From assembly GCA_033764315.1 (NCBI GenBank), contig JANRJA010000065.1, positions 1 through 64,000 on the forward strand: a stretch of DNA of 64,000 bases. Reading direction: 5' to 3'. The notes beneath the pieces were generated by a model that worked only from the letters and a program-made list of their open reading frames with translations, was not told the origin of the DNA and searched no databases. Source of the DNA: Oculatellaceae cyanobacterium bins.114 (GTDB lineage Bacteria; Cyanobacteriota; Cyanobacteriia; Elainellales; Elainellaceae). Position numbers and translations under genes: made by a program. Shown here one piece after another: positions 48,836-59,511 of this stretch (its first letter is position 1; each line of letters starts with the position of its first letter).

Positions 48836-49405
48836 ATGCAGGTTTTGTTTCTGGGTCCACCTCATCCAGCGTTACAACATTTTCTAGAGAGCTGTGGCGA
48901 TCGCGTTACAACTACAGAAGAGAAAATCAGTACTAGTTCTGAATTCCTTGCCAAGACCGATTTCATCGTCAGTTATCGATATCGACATATCCTAAAACAG
49001 GATGTGCTGAGCCAGTTTTTGAATCGAGCGATTAACATCCATATTTCATTCCTTCCCTGGAATCGCGGGTCTGATCCAAACCTATGGAGTTTTCTGGAAG
49101 ACACTCCAAAAGGCGTGACGATTCACTATATAAACTCCGGGATTGATACTGGGGATATCTTAGTGCAACAAGCAGTTAGTTTTTCTGACCAAGACACATT
49201 ACGAACCAGTTATGAGAAACTAACACAGGTAGCTGAGGCGTTATTTAAAGCTCATTGGTTAGCCATTCGAGATGGAACGCTTCAACCATGTCCTCAGGTA
49301 GGGGAAGGTTCTTATCATCGCACCCGCGATCGCGCTCCCTATGAACATCTTTTAACCCAAGGTTGGGATACTCCTGTTTGTAGTTTGATTGGAAAAGCTC
49401 TTTAA
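48836..49405 (+). CDS. Formyltransferase (probable sugar N-formyltransferase)
   Basis: SYRYRHIL, INIHISFLPWNRG, GVTIHY..GIDTGDI. Confidence 0.88.
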   Translation: MQVLFLGPPHPALQHFLESCGDRVTTTEEKISTSSEFLAKTDFIVSYRYRHILKQDVLSQFLNRAINIHISFLPWNRGSDPNLWSFLEDTPKGVTIHYINSGIDTGDILVQQAVSFSDQDTLRTSYEKLTQVAEALFKAHWLAIRDGTLQPCPQVGEGSYHRTRDRAPYEHLLTQGWDTPVCSLIGKAL

Positions 49406-49428
49406 GATACTCCTTTTTATCCTCCGTT

Positions 49429-50484
49429 ATGATGCAACAGCCGATTCACATCGCTAATCGAACCGTTGGGCAAGAACACCCTCCGTTCATTATTGCGGAG
49501 ATGTCAGGCAACCATAACCAATCGTTAGAACGGGCATTAGATTTAGTTGAAGCCGCGGCCAAAGCTGGAGCACACGCCCTAAAGTTGCAAACCTACACGG
49601 CTGATACGATTACCCTTGATGTCAAAGAGGGGGAGTTTTTTATTGCTGACCCCAATAGTCTGTGGAAAGGCAACTCTCTGTATCAGCTCTATCAGCAAGC
49701 TTATACCCCCTGGGAGTGGCACAAACCGATCTTAGAGCGATGCCGTGAACTGGGCATGATTGGCTTCAGTACACCTTTTGACGAGACAGCGGTAGATTTT
49801 TTAGAATCCCTGGATGTGCCGCTTTACAAAATCGCCTCGTTTGAGAATGTCCACCTGCCCCTGATTCGCAAAGTGGCACAAACGGGGAAGCCGATGATTA
49901 TCTCAACGGGCATGGCAGCGATCGCCGAACTGGATGAAGCCGTTCGTGCTGCACGAGAGGCAGGATGTCAAGACTTAGTCCTGCTGAAATGTACCAGTTC
50001 TTATCCCGCAACCCCAGAGAACTCTAATTTGCTCACTATTCCCCATCTACAACAGTTGTTTGACGTGCAGGTGGGGCTATCCGACCACACGATGGGCATT
50101 GGGGCGGCGATCGCCAGTGTCGCTCTGGGAGCTACCGTGATTGAAAAACACTTTACCTTGAGACGGGCTGACGGTGGGGTAGACTCAGCTTTCTCAATGG
50201 AACCGGAAGAAATGCAACAACTCGTGATAGAGTCCGAAAGAGCATGGCAGGCGTTAGGTAAAGTGCAGTATGGATCCACTGAAGCTGAGAAAAAATCGAT
50301 GGTATTCAGGCGATCGCTCTATGTGGCTCAAGACATGAAAGCGGGCGATCGGTTTACCCCGGAAAATTTGCGAGCGGTGCGACCGGGTTTTGGATTGCCA
50401 CCCAAGTACTATGAAATGCTCCTGGGTAGAGCCATTAAACAGGATACCAAGAAAGGAACTCCCCTAAACTGGGGTCTGCTTTAA
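49429..50484 (+). CDS. pseI: Pseudaminic acid synthase
   Basis: IAEMSGNHNQ, KLQTYTADT, KIASFE, GLSDHT, IEKHFTL, C-terminal SAF domain. Confidence 0.95.
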   Translation: MMQQPIHIANRTVGQEHPPFIIAEMSGNHNQSLERALDLVEAAAKAGAHALKLQTYTADTITLDVKEGEFFIADPNSLWKGNSLYQLYQQAYTPWEWHKPILERCRELGMIGFSTPFDETAVDFLESLDVPLYKIASFENVHLPLIRKVAQTGKPMIISTGMAAIAELDEAVRAAREAGCQDLVLLKCTSSYPATPENSNLLTIPHLQQLFDVQVGLSDHTMGIGAAIASVALGATVIEKHFTLRRADGGVDSAFSMEPEEMQQLVIESERAWQALGKVQYGSTEAEKKSMVFRRSLYVAQDMKAGDRFTPENLRAVRPGFGLPPKYYEMLLGRAIKQDTKKGTPLNWGLL

Positions 50485-50518
50485 CTTAAGAATAAAGGTT
50501 AAAACAAACGATTGTTCT

Positions 50519-52948
50519 ATGGAAAATATTAACAACAGTAAACTGCTATTCATCAGTGGAGATGAAAAAGTTGGTGGTGAAGAAGAACTTCGTTTGCTAA
50601 TTCAAGCTATTTTCGAGACTCCTAAATTGGACACCCTTGAAGAAAGAATTGTCTGTCATTTATTAGATAAGGGAAAGGAATTTTGCTCCCAAGATGAAAT
50701 TATTAAGGAAGTCAAAATTTACCTACTCAAACAACAAGAATCATTGAATTCTTACAACGAGGTTCAACAGAATCAACTGATCAATGCCCTAAATAGCGTT
50801 ACTAAACATGAAATTACAGTTGAAAGAAACCGAACTACTTACTCTCCTTCTCAAAAGCTAAATCCAAACGCCGTCTTTTGGCCTAATCCTACTTATCAAG
50901 CTAATCCTCGCTCTATATACAATGAACTTCCTTACGCCCAAAAATTTAATTTCCTAAATAAACAAACTCCAGTTGGTTCTGCGGGAAGTTGCTTTGCAAT
51001 GGAAATTGCAGATCGATTGAAAACAGAGGGATACAATTATGTCGTAACGGAACCAAATCCGTATTCCTGTGCAGCATGGGGAACTTTATTTAATGCTCCC
51101 AGTTTTCGTCAGCTTATAGAGAAAGCCTTTGGTCTTCGGCAACTTCCTCGTTTACTTTACTCCGTAAAACACTTTGATAAGACCCTATACTACGATCCTT
51201 TTAGGGAAGAAATCAGTTTTGATTCAGTAGAAGAATTTGAGGTAGATTACGAGAGGCACATAGAACGAGCAAGGGAAGCCCTCCTTAAAGTCAAAGTATT
51301 TATTATTACTTTAGGGATGAATGAAATTTTGTACTTGAAATCGGATGGCTCAATTCTTTCACGATTTCCTTGGAGACTAGGTTCCTCTCTAGTTAATCGA
51401 AAAGTATTGACGGTTGAGGAAAATATTGCTGAACTACAGAACATGCTCGACATCTGGCGTAGCTATAATCCTGATTTGAAGTTGATTATTAGTGTTTCAC
51501 CAGTTCCATTACATGCAACCTTTAGGGCAGAAAATCATCATGTTATTACAGCTAACTCTCACTCTAAGTCAGTTTTAAGAGTAGCAGCAGAGGAATTCAT
51601 ATCTCGCAACTCCGATGTTTATTACTTTCCGTCCTATGAAACAGTACTATATTGCACAAAGAACGCTTGGGAGAAAGATCAACGCCATGTCTCCCAAGAG
51701 GCAATCAGTAATGTTATGAAATTATTTAATGTAATGTTTTTAGAGGAATCTTCCGATGAATCAGATGCCCCTTTTAAAATGTCGTCAGAGTCATCACAAG
51801 AACAGTTGATACAAAACTCATTGTTTTCCAATGAAGCCTCTCAATCAACTAATGTATCTATTTCTCAGCTATTAGAAAGAGTTTTGCTGAGTTGGCTAGA
51901 GAGTGTCAATGAGGAAGAAGATAAAACTGCTAATCTGAAAAAGCATATTAATACCTTTCTTGAGGGTTATCAATCCTTTGAAGCAACTAGCAAAACTCCC
52001 TTTGGAGCTTATCTTAGTTTAAGGGAACTGTATTGTCTGACAAATGGTGAATTTAACGATTTTATCTCTAATGTATTAGGGATTTACTATCCAGAATATT
52101 CTTTAAGACAAGTGAAAGGTTTGCTGGGGAAACTAGATGATCGAGCGATGGATGAAGTTGTACAATCGCTCCAAAAAGATGGTTTCTATCAGTTTGAATA
52201 CAAGCTATCAAAGCAACATTGTGAAGAACTCAAAAACTTTGCGCTTACTAATCCATGTAGACCAAATTCCCTAGATGCAGAATCAGACGTAAGAACACTC
52301 TATGATCGCCAATCTGCATTAGCAACTCTCTATTATTTTGATGAAAAAGTTCTAATTAACAATCCTTTAATTCAAACACTGGTAGCTGATCAATCATTGT
52401 TAGGAATTGCTCAAGCTTATCTAGGGTGTAAGCCTATCTGTGACAGTGTTGCGCTGTGGTGGAGTACACCTAATTCTCATACAGATGCAGACAAGGCAAA
52501 AGCAGCACAACTCTATCATTTCGATATGGATCGAATCAAGTTTCTTAAATTCTTCATCTATTTAACAGACGTTAGCCCACAAACTGGCCCTCATTGTTAT
52601 ATTAAAGGGTCACATCAGAGAAAACCCGCTCCTTTGTTAAGAGATGGAAGGATCGCTGATGACGAGCTTGCTTGCTACTATACCCAAAATAGTTTTATGG
52701 AATTGCTTGGAGAGGCAGGAACTATCATTGCGGTTGATACACGGGGTTTTCATAAAGGTAAACCACTAGATAAGGATGAAAGATTGATACTTGAAATAGA
52801 GTTTTCTAATAGTTTGTTTGGTACAACTTATAGCAATCATCAATTAACAGAACCATTGGAATTGGAATTCAGGCAAGCTATCCAGAACTACAAACATACC
52901 TACTCAAGATTTGCATTGATGAATTCACCCAGTCAAAACCATTCTTAG
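50519..52948 (+). CDS. GSCFA-domain (SGNH-like) protein fused to PhyH-type 2OG-Fe(II) dioxygenase
   Basis: SAGSCFAM, ITLGMNE, SVSPVPL, YFPSYE, D.RHV; C-terminal YHFDMD and DTRGFHKG. Confidence 0.8.
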   Translation: MENINNSKLLFISGDEKVGGEEELRLLIQAIFETPKLDTLEERIVCHLLDKGKEFCSQDEIIKEVKIYLLKQQESLNSYNEVQQNQLINALNSVTKHEITVERNRTTYSPSQKLNPNAVFWPNPTYQANPRSIYNELPYAQKFNFLNKQTPVGSAGSCFAMEIADRLKTEGYNYVVTEPNPYSCAAWGTLFNAPSFRQLIEKAFGLRQLPRLLYSVKHFDKTLYYDPFREEISFDSVEEFEVDYERHIERAREALLKVKVFIITLGMNEILYLKSDGSILSRFPWRLGSSLVNRKVLTVEENIAELQNMLDIWRSYNPDLKLIISVSPVPLHATFRAENHHVITANSHSKSVLRVAAEEFISRNSDVYYFPSYETVLYCTKNAWEKDQRHVSQEAISNVMKLFNVMFLEESSDESDAPFKMSSESSQEQLIQNSLFSNEASQSTNVSISQLLERVLLSWLESVNEEEDKTANLKKHINTFLEGYQSFEATSKTPFGAYLSLRELYCLTNGEFNDFISNVLGIYYPEYSLRQVKGLLGKLDDRAMDEVVQSLQKDGFYQFEYKLSKQHCEELKNFALTNPCRPNSLDAESDVRTLYDRQSALATLYYFDEKVLINNPLIQTLVADQSLLGIAQAYLGCKPICDSVALWWSTPNSHTDADKAKAAQLYHFDMDRIKFLKFFIYLTDVSPQTGPHCYIKGSHQRKPAPLLRDGRIADDELACYYTQNSFMELLGEAGTIIAVDTRGFHKGKPLDKDERLILEIEFSNSLFGTTYSNHQLTEPLELEFRQAIQNYKHTYSRFALMNSPSQNHS

Positions 52949-53014
52949 ATACCTCTTTCATAGTTGTCTTCCAAAAAAACATTTTAAGCTTCAACACACG
53001 TTACATAGCCATCC

Positions 53015-56000
53015 ATGCAAGATTCTAAAATACCTCATAATCACCCTCAAGATGAGATAGGAAATACTCATTTAGAAAGCTCTCAAAGTGCTGGAAATCC
53101 TTACACTAAGTGGCTACAGTTAGCGGCTAAGCACTGTAATGGTTTTGCGGGCAAGCGAGTGTTAGATGTAGGTTGTGACCTCACTGGTGTCACTGTTCAA
53201 GAATTGATTGAACAATATGGAGTGGTCGAAGCAGTTGGACTCAATTTAGCAATTGAACCTCAAGCTATCTCTCAAAACGGTCGCCTTGAGAGAGGTGATA
53301 TTTGCGAAACATTTTATCCAGATAACTACTTTGACGTTATTCTTTCCATTTCTGCCTTTGAACATATCCAAAATTTTGAAGTTGCTTTGCAGGAGATGCA
53401 CCGTATTTTAAAGCCGGGAGGTCGCTTATATGCTGATTTTAGTCCTATTTGGTCTGCCAGCTATGGTCATCATCTTTGGTTAAGTTTTAGCGGCGAACTC
53501 TATAATTATTGGAACGTTATGTTGCCTCCTTACTGCCATTTATTAATGACAGAAGAGGAGGTTTTTGATTGGTGTTCTCAACGATTTGATACTGACTTAA
53601 GCCAAGCCATTACTAATTTTGTTTTTCATTCTGCCGACCAAAATCGGCTATTCTTCGAAGATTACCTAAACCTAATTGATCAGAGTGATTTTGAAGTGTT
53701 TCTGTGGAAGGGATATCAGCTAGAGTTGGGCGATCGCTATCAACAATGTGTCACCCCTGAGTTATCGGAGCAATTGCATCAGAAATTTTCTAATCAAGAT
53801 GGATTTCTCTATGAGGGAATTGAAGTTTTGCTACAGAAGAAATCTGCTGATCTTTTGCCTTCAGAACAGCCAAAAAACCAACACAAAGTCCTCTTCTTTT
53901 CTCCATTTGGAGAATGGCTAGTTCATAGTCAAGTTGATGCCGTTTTAGCACTGAGATTGCGACAACAGGGAGAAGAGGTACTTGTTATCGGTTGTGATGG
54001 TCTTTATCAAGATTGCATTGTCACGTCGCGTGCTGATAAATACAGCATTGATGCATCTGTTCTCTGCCAAAGATGCGCTCAGTCGGGCAGGCAATTCTTC
54101 AACTCATTCAATCTGCCCCATATTCAATTCAACAAATACATAATCCCAGAAGATTATGAAGTAGCACACCAATGGGTAGAAACGGTAGACCCTCGTCATT
54201 ATGCTGATGCGACTTATCAAGACCTTGCCATTGGAGAATGGGTTACTTCGTCAGTTAACTCCTACTTTCGTCTCTCCTCAGTACGTGAGTTGCTTAAACC
54301 TGAAGTTCAAGAAGTCCATCGAAAATATTTGATCGATGGTTTGGTAACTTATCTGGCGTTTTCCAGGCTGTTAGATACTTATCAACCCACTAATCTTATT
54401 ATTTTTAATAGCCGCTTAACCCCTTATCGCATTGCCTTTGAAGTGGCTCGTCAACGTCAAATTGATGTGATCACACATGAGCGTGGCTTTATCGATGACA
54501 GTTTTAGCTTTTTTGACAATACCCACTGCTTAAGCCCAAAATCTGCCGAGGCTTGTGTTGATGATTGGCAAAATATTCCACGGCTCCCATCTGAGTTATC
54601 AGAAGTTAGTGAATACTTCAAGCAACGAGAAGCAGGATCAGGTTTGAATTGGAAACCTTTCTTTGACTTTCAGACCGACTACGGAAAAGTACGTCAAAAA
54701 CTTAATATCCCTCAAAAGGCAAAAATTGTCACAGTTTTTACGTCTAGTCCCGATGAATTAGCTGCTTTTAACGAATATGAGGGAATCACTGAGCAACTTG
54801 AGCTAATCGATCGGTTGATCCAAGTTTTTGCAAATCGTGAGGAATATCTTATTATTCGTCATCATCCTTGGATCGGTGGCAATGCGTTCCATCCAGCCAA
54901 TATGGATTTTCTGACACTGGCGTATCAACAGGCACGCTCAGTTCCCAAAAATGTCAGGATTGTGATGCCGAATGAACAAATCACCTCGTACGCCCTGCTT
55001 TGGAATACAGATGCAGCGATCGCCTTTTTTAGTACTGTTGCCATTGAGGCGGTTGCGAGGGGCGTCGCTACTGCTCCGCTGGAATCCTCTCCTTACCGCA
55101 AAGCGTTTCATCAATTAATTAGCACTTCAGATGTAGAACCTTCATCCTTGCACCAGTTAATTGACGTATTGTTATCTGAATCAGTATTTTCTGCGGCTGA
55201 ATCTTATATCGAGATCTTGCGTAAGCTTTATCGATTTACCGATGCCTACTTCTTCAGATTTTCGAGACGGTTTAATTCATTTGGAATTAAGGACTATCAT
55301 TCCCCTGATATACGATTTCAGTCCTTAGAAGAATTGCGTCCGGGTGTTGATCTAACCCTCGATCAAGTTTGCGACCGCGTTATCTACAAAACATCTCTCC
55401 ATGAATTGCCAAGTAGCGATCGTCGTAATGACTCGACCTCTGAAGAAGATACTTTTCTTCAAAAAGAACTGGCTGAGATTTTAAAGATACGGCAAGTTGT
55501 TCATGAGAAGAGTGAACAAGAATTGAGCAAGAATACTGCGATATCAGTTGGTGTTATCTGTTTACAATATAACGATTCTAGACATAGTGATTCTGACAAC
55601 AACGATGAGATTTTATCCTCCTGGATAGAGCATTCAAGGCATCATCGAATCACTCTACACCCTTGCCAAGTCTCTTCAAAATGGGAAGACCACATTGCAA
55701 CCGTTAATACTATTTTGCAATGTTTAAAGTCTTGTTCAGAGCAGTATTTTTTAGTGACTGAACCTCATATTCAGTATGATGAATCATTCCTCTCCATTGC
55801 CTTAGAGCAATTAACTGCTGAGGATAACTCAGATATTCAAGGGGTGCTGGCAGGAGCATGGATCACTGATTCAGCTCAACAACAAATTACTCACTCCGTT
55901 TTCACCCCTGCCCACCCTTGTAAAACCTATCGTGATGCTGCTCAAGTTCTTGTGTCAGTTCAACACCCTATTTCACTTCTGGCATTTACCCTCCTGGACA

Positions 56001-56614
56001 AAAGGTTATTAGTCAAGCTGCTGAACACGATTCGTCAAATTTCCTCTTTGACCGCAGCAGCAGAGAGTCTTTTCTTAATGCTAAGTGCCCCTGTGGTCAG
56101 CAGGTTAGAAGTGCCCATGATGGTCATCTATAGCAACTCTGAAATGCAGACACGAGATTTACGTCTAAAGCCATTGAGATTAGAGTACGATTTGGGTCGG
56201 GCGAGTCAGCAACTGCGAGAGCGGCAGGCAGAATTGGAGCGATCGCAGGCTCAACTTCAAGCCTCTCAAACCGAATTAGAGCAATATCAGACAGCACTCA
56301 AGGCAGCACAGGTAGAGGGGGGACGCTTTTTATATGAATTGCAGGCGGCTCAGGCGGAGATGGAACGATTGCAGGCAACCTTATATCAAATGCAAGGAGC
56401 ATTAGAGGCTACTAATAATAAGCTTGCCAGAACTGAAAATAGACTGAACACGAAAGAAAAGACTCTGAAAAAAGTCCAAAATAACCTCAAGAAATTGCGG
56501 GAAAATTTGAGGCAAACTCAGGAGACGGTTACCGCTATGGAAAGCAGTAAGTTTTGGAAACTGAGAGGGAAATGGATAAAGCTGAAAAAAATCTTTAGAC
56601 TTGACTCGGATTAG
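53015..56614 (+). CDS. Methyltransferase / capsule-biosynthesis GT-B-like / coiled-coil fusion
   Basis: VLDVGC, SAFEHI, RILKPGG; HERGF, IIRHHP, FSTVAIEA; terminal AMESSKFWKLR. Confidence 0.75.
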   Translation: MQDSKIPHNHPQDEIGNTHLESSQSAGNPYTKWLQLAAKHCNGFAGKRVLDVGCDLTGVTVQELIEQYGVVEAVGLNLAIEPQAISQNGRLERGDICETFYPDNYFDVILSISAFEHIQNFEVALQEMHRILKPGGRLYADFSPIWSASYGHHLWLSFSGELYNYWNVMLPPYCHLLMTEEEVFDWCSQRFDTDLSQAITNFVFHSADQNRLFFEDYLNLIDQSDFEVFLWKGYQLELGDRYQQCVTPELSEQLHQKFSNQDGFLYEGIEVLLQKKSADLLPSEQPKNQHKVLFFSPFGEWLVHSQVDAVLALRLRQQGEEVLVIGCDGLYQDCIVTSRADKYSIDASVLCQRCAQSGRQFFNSFNLPHIQFNKYIIPEDYEVAHQWVETVDPRHYADATYQDLAIGEWVTSSVNSYFRLSSVRELLKPEVQEVHRKYLIDGLVTYLAFSRLLDTYQPTNLIIFNSRLTPYRIAFEVARQRQIDVITHERGFIDDSFSFFDNTHCLSPKSAEACVDDWQNIPRLPSELSEVSEYFKQREAGSGLNWKPFFDFQTDYGKVRQKLNIPQKAKIVTVFTSSPDELAAFNEYEGITEQLELIDRLIQVFANREEYLIIRHHPWIGGNAFHPANMDFLTLAYQQARSVPKNVRIVMPNEQITSYALLWNTDAAIAFFSTVAIEAVARGVATAPLESSPYRKAFHQLISTSDVEPSSLHQLIDVLLSESVFSAAESYIEILRKLYRFTDAYFFRFSRRFNSFGIKDYHSPDIRFQSLEELRPGVDLTLDQVCDRVIYKTSLHELPSSDRRNDSTSEEDTFLQKELAEILKIRQVVHEKSEQELSKNTAISVGVICLQYNDSRHSDSDNNDEILSSWIEHSRHHRITLHPCQVSSKWEDHIATVNTILQCLKSCSEQYFLVTEPHIQYDESFLSIALEQLTAEDNSDIQGVLAGAWITDSAQQQITHSVFTPAHPCKTYRDAAQVLVSVQHPISLLAFTLLDKRLLVKLLNTIRQISSLTAAAESLFLMLSAPVVSRLEVPMMVIYSNSEMQTRDLRLKPLRLEYDLGRASQQLRERQAELERSQAQLQASQTELEQYQTALKAAQVEGGRFLYELQAAQAEMERLQATLYQMQGALEATNNKLARTENRLNTKEKTLKKVQNNLKKLRENLRQTQETVTAMESSKFWKLRGKWIKLKKIFRLDSD

Positions 56615-56654
56615 AACCTGAGATAACCTCCTACTTTGGAGCTATAGATCGACG

Positions 56655-58745
56655 ATGTCTCATTTTGTCTGCCCTATGTCATTAACGACACCCGTTGCTT
56701 TCCTTATATTTAACCGCCCCGAACTAACTGCACGGGTGTTTCAGGCGATCGCAAATGCGAAGCCCAAGAAGCTTTTGGTTGTCGCAGATGGTCCGCGTTT
56801 TCCGGAAGAGGCAGAAAAGTGTCGCATGGCAAGAGAAGTCATTAATCAGGTTGATTGGGATTGCGAGGTTCTCACTAACTTTTCAGAGCATAATTTAGGT
56901 TGCAAGCGACGAGTATCAAGTGGCATCAACTGGGTGTTTTCTGAAGTTGAAGAAGCTATTTTGCTCGAAGATGATTGTCTGCCCGTCCCTTCGTTTTTTT
57001 CCTACTGTCAAGCTCTGTTAGAGCGGTATAGAAATGACAGTCGGATTATGCATATTAGCGGCAATAATTTTCAATTTGGAATTGAACGCACTAAATATAG
57101 TTATTACTTCTCAAGATATCCCCACATCTGGGGATGGGCGACTTGGAGGCGAGCCTGGCAGCACTACGATGTTGATATGCAGGGCTGGCTCGACTTTAAG
57201 GAAGCAGGCTTAATTAGTAATATGTTTGAGCATCCTCAAGAGCAAATCTTGTGGACTCAGCTGCTTGACCAGGCTTATCAAGGTGAGGTAGACACCTGGG
57301 ATTATCCCTGGGGCTACACGGTTTGGTCACAAACAGGGCTTTCCATTCTGCCCCGTGTTAACCTGGTCACCAACATTGGATTTGGGGCTGATGCAACCCA
57401 TACTACCCCTGGCTCAAATAACCCCCTTGCTAATTTGCCAACGGAAGACCTCTGGGAACTGGAGCATCCCCCCTATGTAGCAATGAATCGTGAGGCAGAC
57501 CTCTATACCTACGAAAAAGTCTTTGGGGGTAAGGTAGAGCAGGGCGATCGTCAACAAATCATTGACCTAAAAGCCCAACTAGAACAGAAAGAGCACCAAC
57601 TCCAGGAATTGAGCAAAGTCAGGAAACGTCTCCAACAGGTGAAGGCAAATTTGGAGGATGTCCAAGGTACTATTACCGCAATGGAGTCCAGCAAATTCTG
57701 GAAGTTGCGTCAGAAATGGATGGGGTTAAAAGGTTCTGTAGTACAACCCTTGAAAAAATTTGAGGGTCTGGGTAAACCAGAAATCAGTGTTAGAGAACAA
57801 GGGAAGTTGTTAGCTAGACAGCGTGGACACCAACCCAAGCAACCCGTTGTTAGTCCGCTCACGGGTTCTAGTCAAGTCAAATTAATTGAGGTTTTTCCTT
57901 CAAGTCAACTCATTAATGATTGGAAGAATGGCTTTCGGATTGATATAACCAGTGAATTGCATAATCACCCAGAAATCTGCCTCTATGAGTGCCTTGAAAC
58001 AGGGTTAAAATTCTTTTTACCCTCTGATACAACTGGCTCAGACAAACTCTATGAGCAACTCTGTGAGCTGAGTTGGTATTACATGCCCGAAAAATGGGAA
58101 TATCAGGTTGCTCTTGAAGATTTAAAGGGGCACCAAAACATTATTGAAGTTGGTTCGGGCTATGGCTACTTTATCCAGCAATGTAAACAAGCTGGCCTAC
58201 AAGCACGGGGAATTGAGTTAAACGAAAGCGCGGTTAAAGCTGCACAAAAGCAAAACCTCCCGATTGAACGGGTTGACTTAAAGGATCTGGTTGAGCAGTA
58301 TTCGGAAAGTTTTGATGCCGTTTGTAGTTTTCAGGTTTTAGAACACGTTTCAAACCCAAAGGATTTTCTGGACTGGTCTATTCAACTGTTAAAAAAAGAT
58401 GGCAAACTGGTTCTTTGCGTCCCCAACTCAGAGAGTTTCTTAAAGCATGAATACTGTCTGTTGGACATGCCACCACATCACATGTTCCAATGGTCTAGAA
58501 AGTCATTCAAAGCTCTCGAAAAGATTTTTCCAATCAAGCTTGAAAAAGTTAAATTGGAGCCACTAGCCAGTTATCACGTTATGGGCTATTTAACAAGCTA
58601 TAGAGATTATTACCGTTCTGTCTCCCCATTAGGGAAAGTTTTGTTTAACCGTCACACGTTGGGCTTGTACCAGAAAGTCCTAAACACGGGTTTAAGGCAA
58701 TTTGTTACAGGTCAAAGTTTATACGTCGAGTTTCGTAAGTTATAG
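56655..58745 (+). CDS. GT-A glycosyltransferase fused to class I methyltransferase
   Basis: FLIFNRP, ILLEDDC, IWGWATWRRAW; internal AMESSKFWKLR; EVGSGYG, FQVLEHV. Confidence 0.82.
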   Translation: MSHFVCPMSLTTPVAFLIFNRPELTARVFQAIANAKPKKLLVVADGPRFPEEAEKCRMAREVINQVDWDCEVLTNFSEHNLGCKRRVSSGINWVFSEVEEAILLEDDCLPVPSFFSYCQALLERYRNDSRIMHISGNNFQFGIERTKYSYYFSRYPHIWGWATWRRAWQHYDVDMQGWLDFKEAGLISNMFEHPQEQILWTQLLDQAYQGEVDTWDYPWGYTVWSQTGLSILPRVNLVTNIGFGADATHTTPGSNNPLANLPTEDLWELEHPPYVAMNREADLYTYEKVFGGKVEQGDRQQIIDLKAQLEQKEHQLQELSKVRKRLQQVKANLEDVQGTITAMESSKFWKLRQKWMGLKGSVVQPLKKFEGLGKPEISVREQGKLLARQRGHQPKQPVVSPLTGSSQVKLIEVFPSSQLINDWKNGFRIDITSELHNHPEICLYECLETGLKFFLPSDTTGSDKLYEQLCELSWYYMPEKWEYQVALEDLKGHQNIIEVGSGYGYFIQQCKQAGLQARGIELNESAVKAAQKQNLPIERVDLKDLVEQYSESFDAVCSFQVLEHVSNPKDFLDWSIQLLKKDGKLVLCVPNSESFLKHEYCLLDMPPHHMFQWSRKSFKALEKIFPIKLEKVKLEPLASYHVMGYLTSYRDYYRSVSPLGKVLFNRHTLGLYQKVLNTGLRQFVTGQSLYVEFRKL

Positions 58746-58777
58746 GTAACTTAATCTGAGAAACTATTGATTATTGA

Positions 58778-59473
58778 TTGAGGAGTGGAAGAGTGCCGAC
58801 TTTAGATTGGTTACAAAAAGAGTTTAATTACGGATATGACAGTGGTAATGTCTTATCCCTTTTTCCAGACCCGACTCGTCGCCAAGAAGAGAAGATTATT
58901 GGCGGTTCCTACCGCAAAGTTTTCTACAAAGCGGCATTTCCCCATATCAAAGCAAATTTTAAGGTGCTTGAACTGGGGCCAGGAAAAGGTTCATGGACCA
59001 GAGCTATTTTGAAATACATTCCTCAAGGTCAGTTGCACGTTGTCGATTTTCAGAAGGTTGAGCAATGGCTTAACCCCGACCAATACAACGGCAGGTTGGT
59101 GTGTCACATGGTGACTGATAACTCCTTCTCCTGTCTTGAAGATGACAGTTTTGATTTCTTTTGGTCGTTTGGCGTTTTGTGCCATAACAACATAGAGCAA
59201 ATTGAAATGATTCTCCGCAATGCTCTATCTAAAGTCAAGCCTGGCGGAATGGCGGCGCATCAGTATTCAGATTGGAATAAGTTAGAGGCGTTTGGTTGGG
59301 TCAAGGGAAGTGTTCCGTTAGAGTTTAAAAACCTCCCGGATGACAAGATTTGGTGGCCCAGAAACAACCAAGAAACGATGGCAACTGTTGCGAAAAAAGC
59401 AGGTTGGACGGTGATCAAGCCTGATCTAGGAATTGTGCAACGTGACTCTATTATTTTGCTACGACGTGACTAG
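58778..59473 (+). CDS. Class I SAM-dependent methyltransferase
   Basis: VLELGPGKG, FDFFWSFGVLCH, KPGG. True start may be GTG ~58793. Confidence 0.8.
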   Translation: MRSGRVPTLDWLQKEFNYGYDSGNVLSLFPDPTRRQEEKIIGGSYRKVFYKAAFPHIKANFKVLELGPGKGSWTRAILKYIPQGQLHVVDFQKVEQWLNPDQYNGRLVCHMVTDNSFSCLEDDSFDFFWSFGVLCHNNIEQIEMILRNALSKVKPGGMAAHQYSDWNKLEAFGWVKGSVPLEFKNLPDDKIWWPRNNQETMATVAKKAGWTVIKPDLGIVQRDSIILLRRD

Positions 59474-59511
59474 TTTGAACTATATTATTCAAAGTTCATC
59501 AATTCATATTC

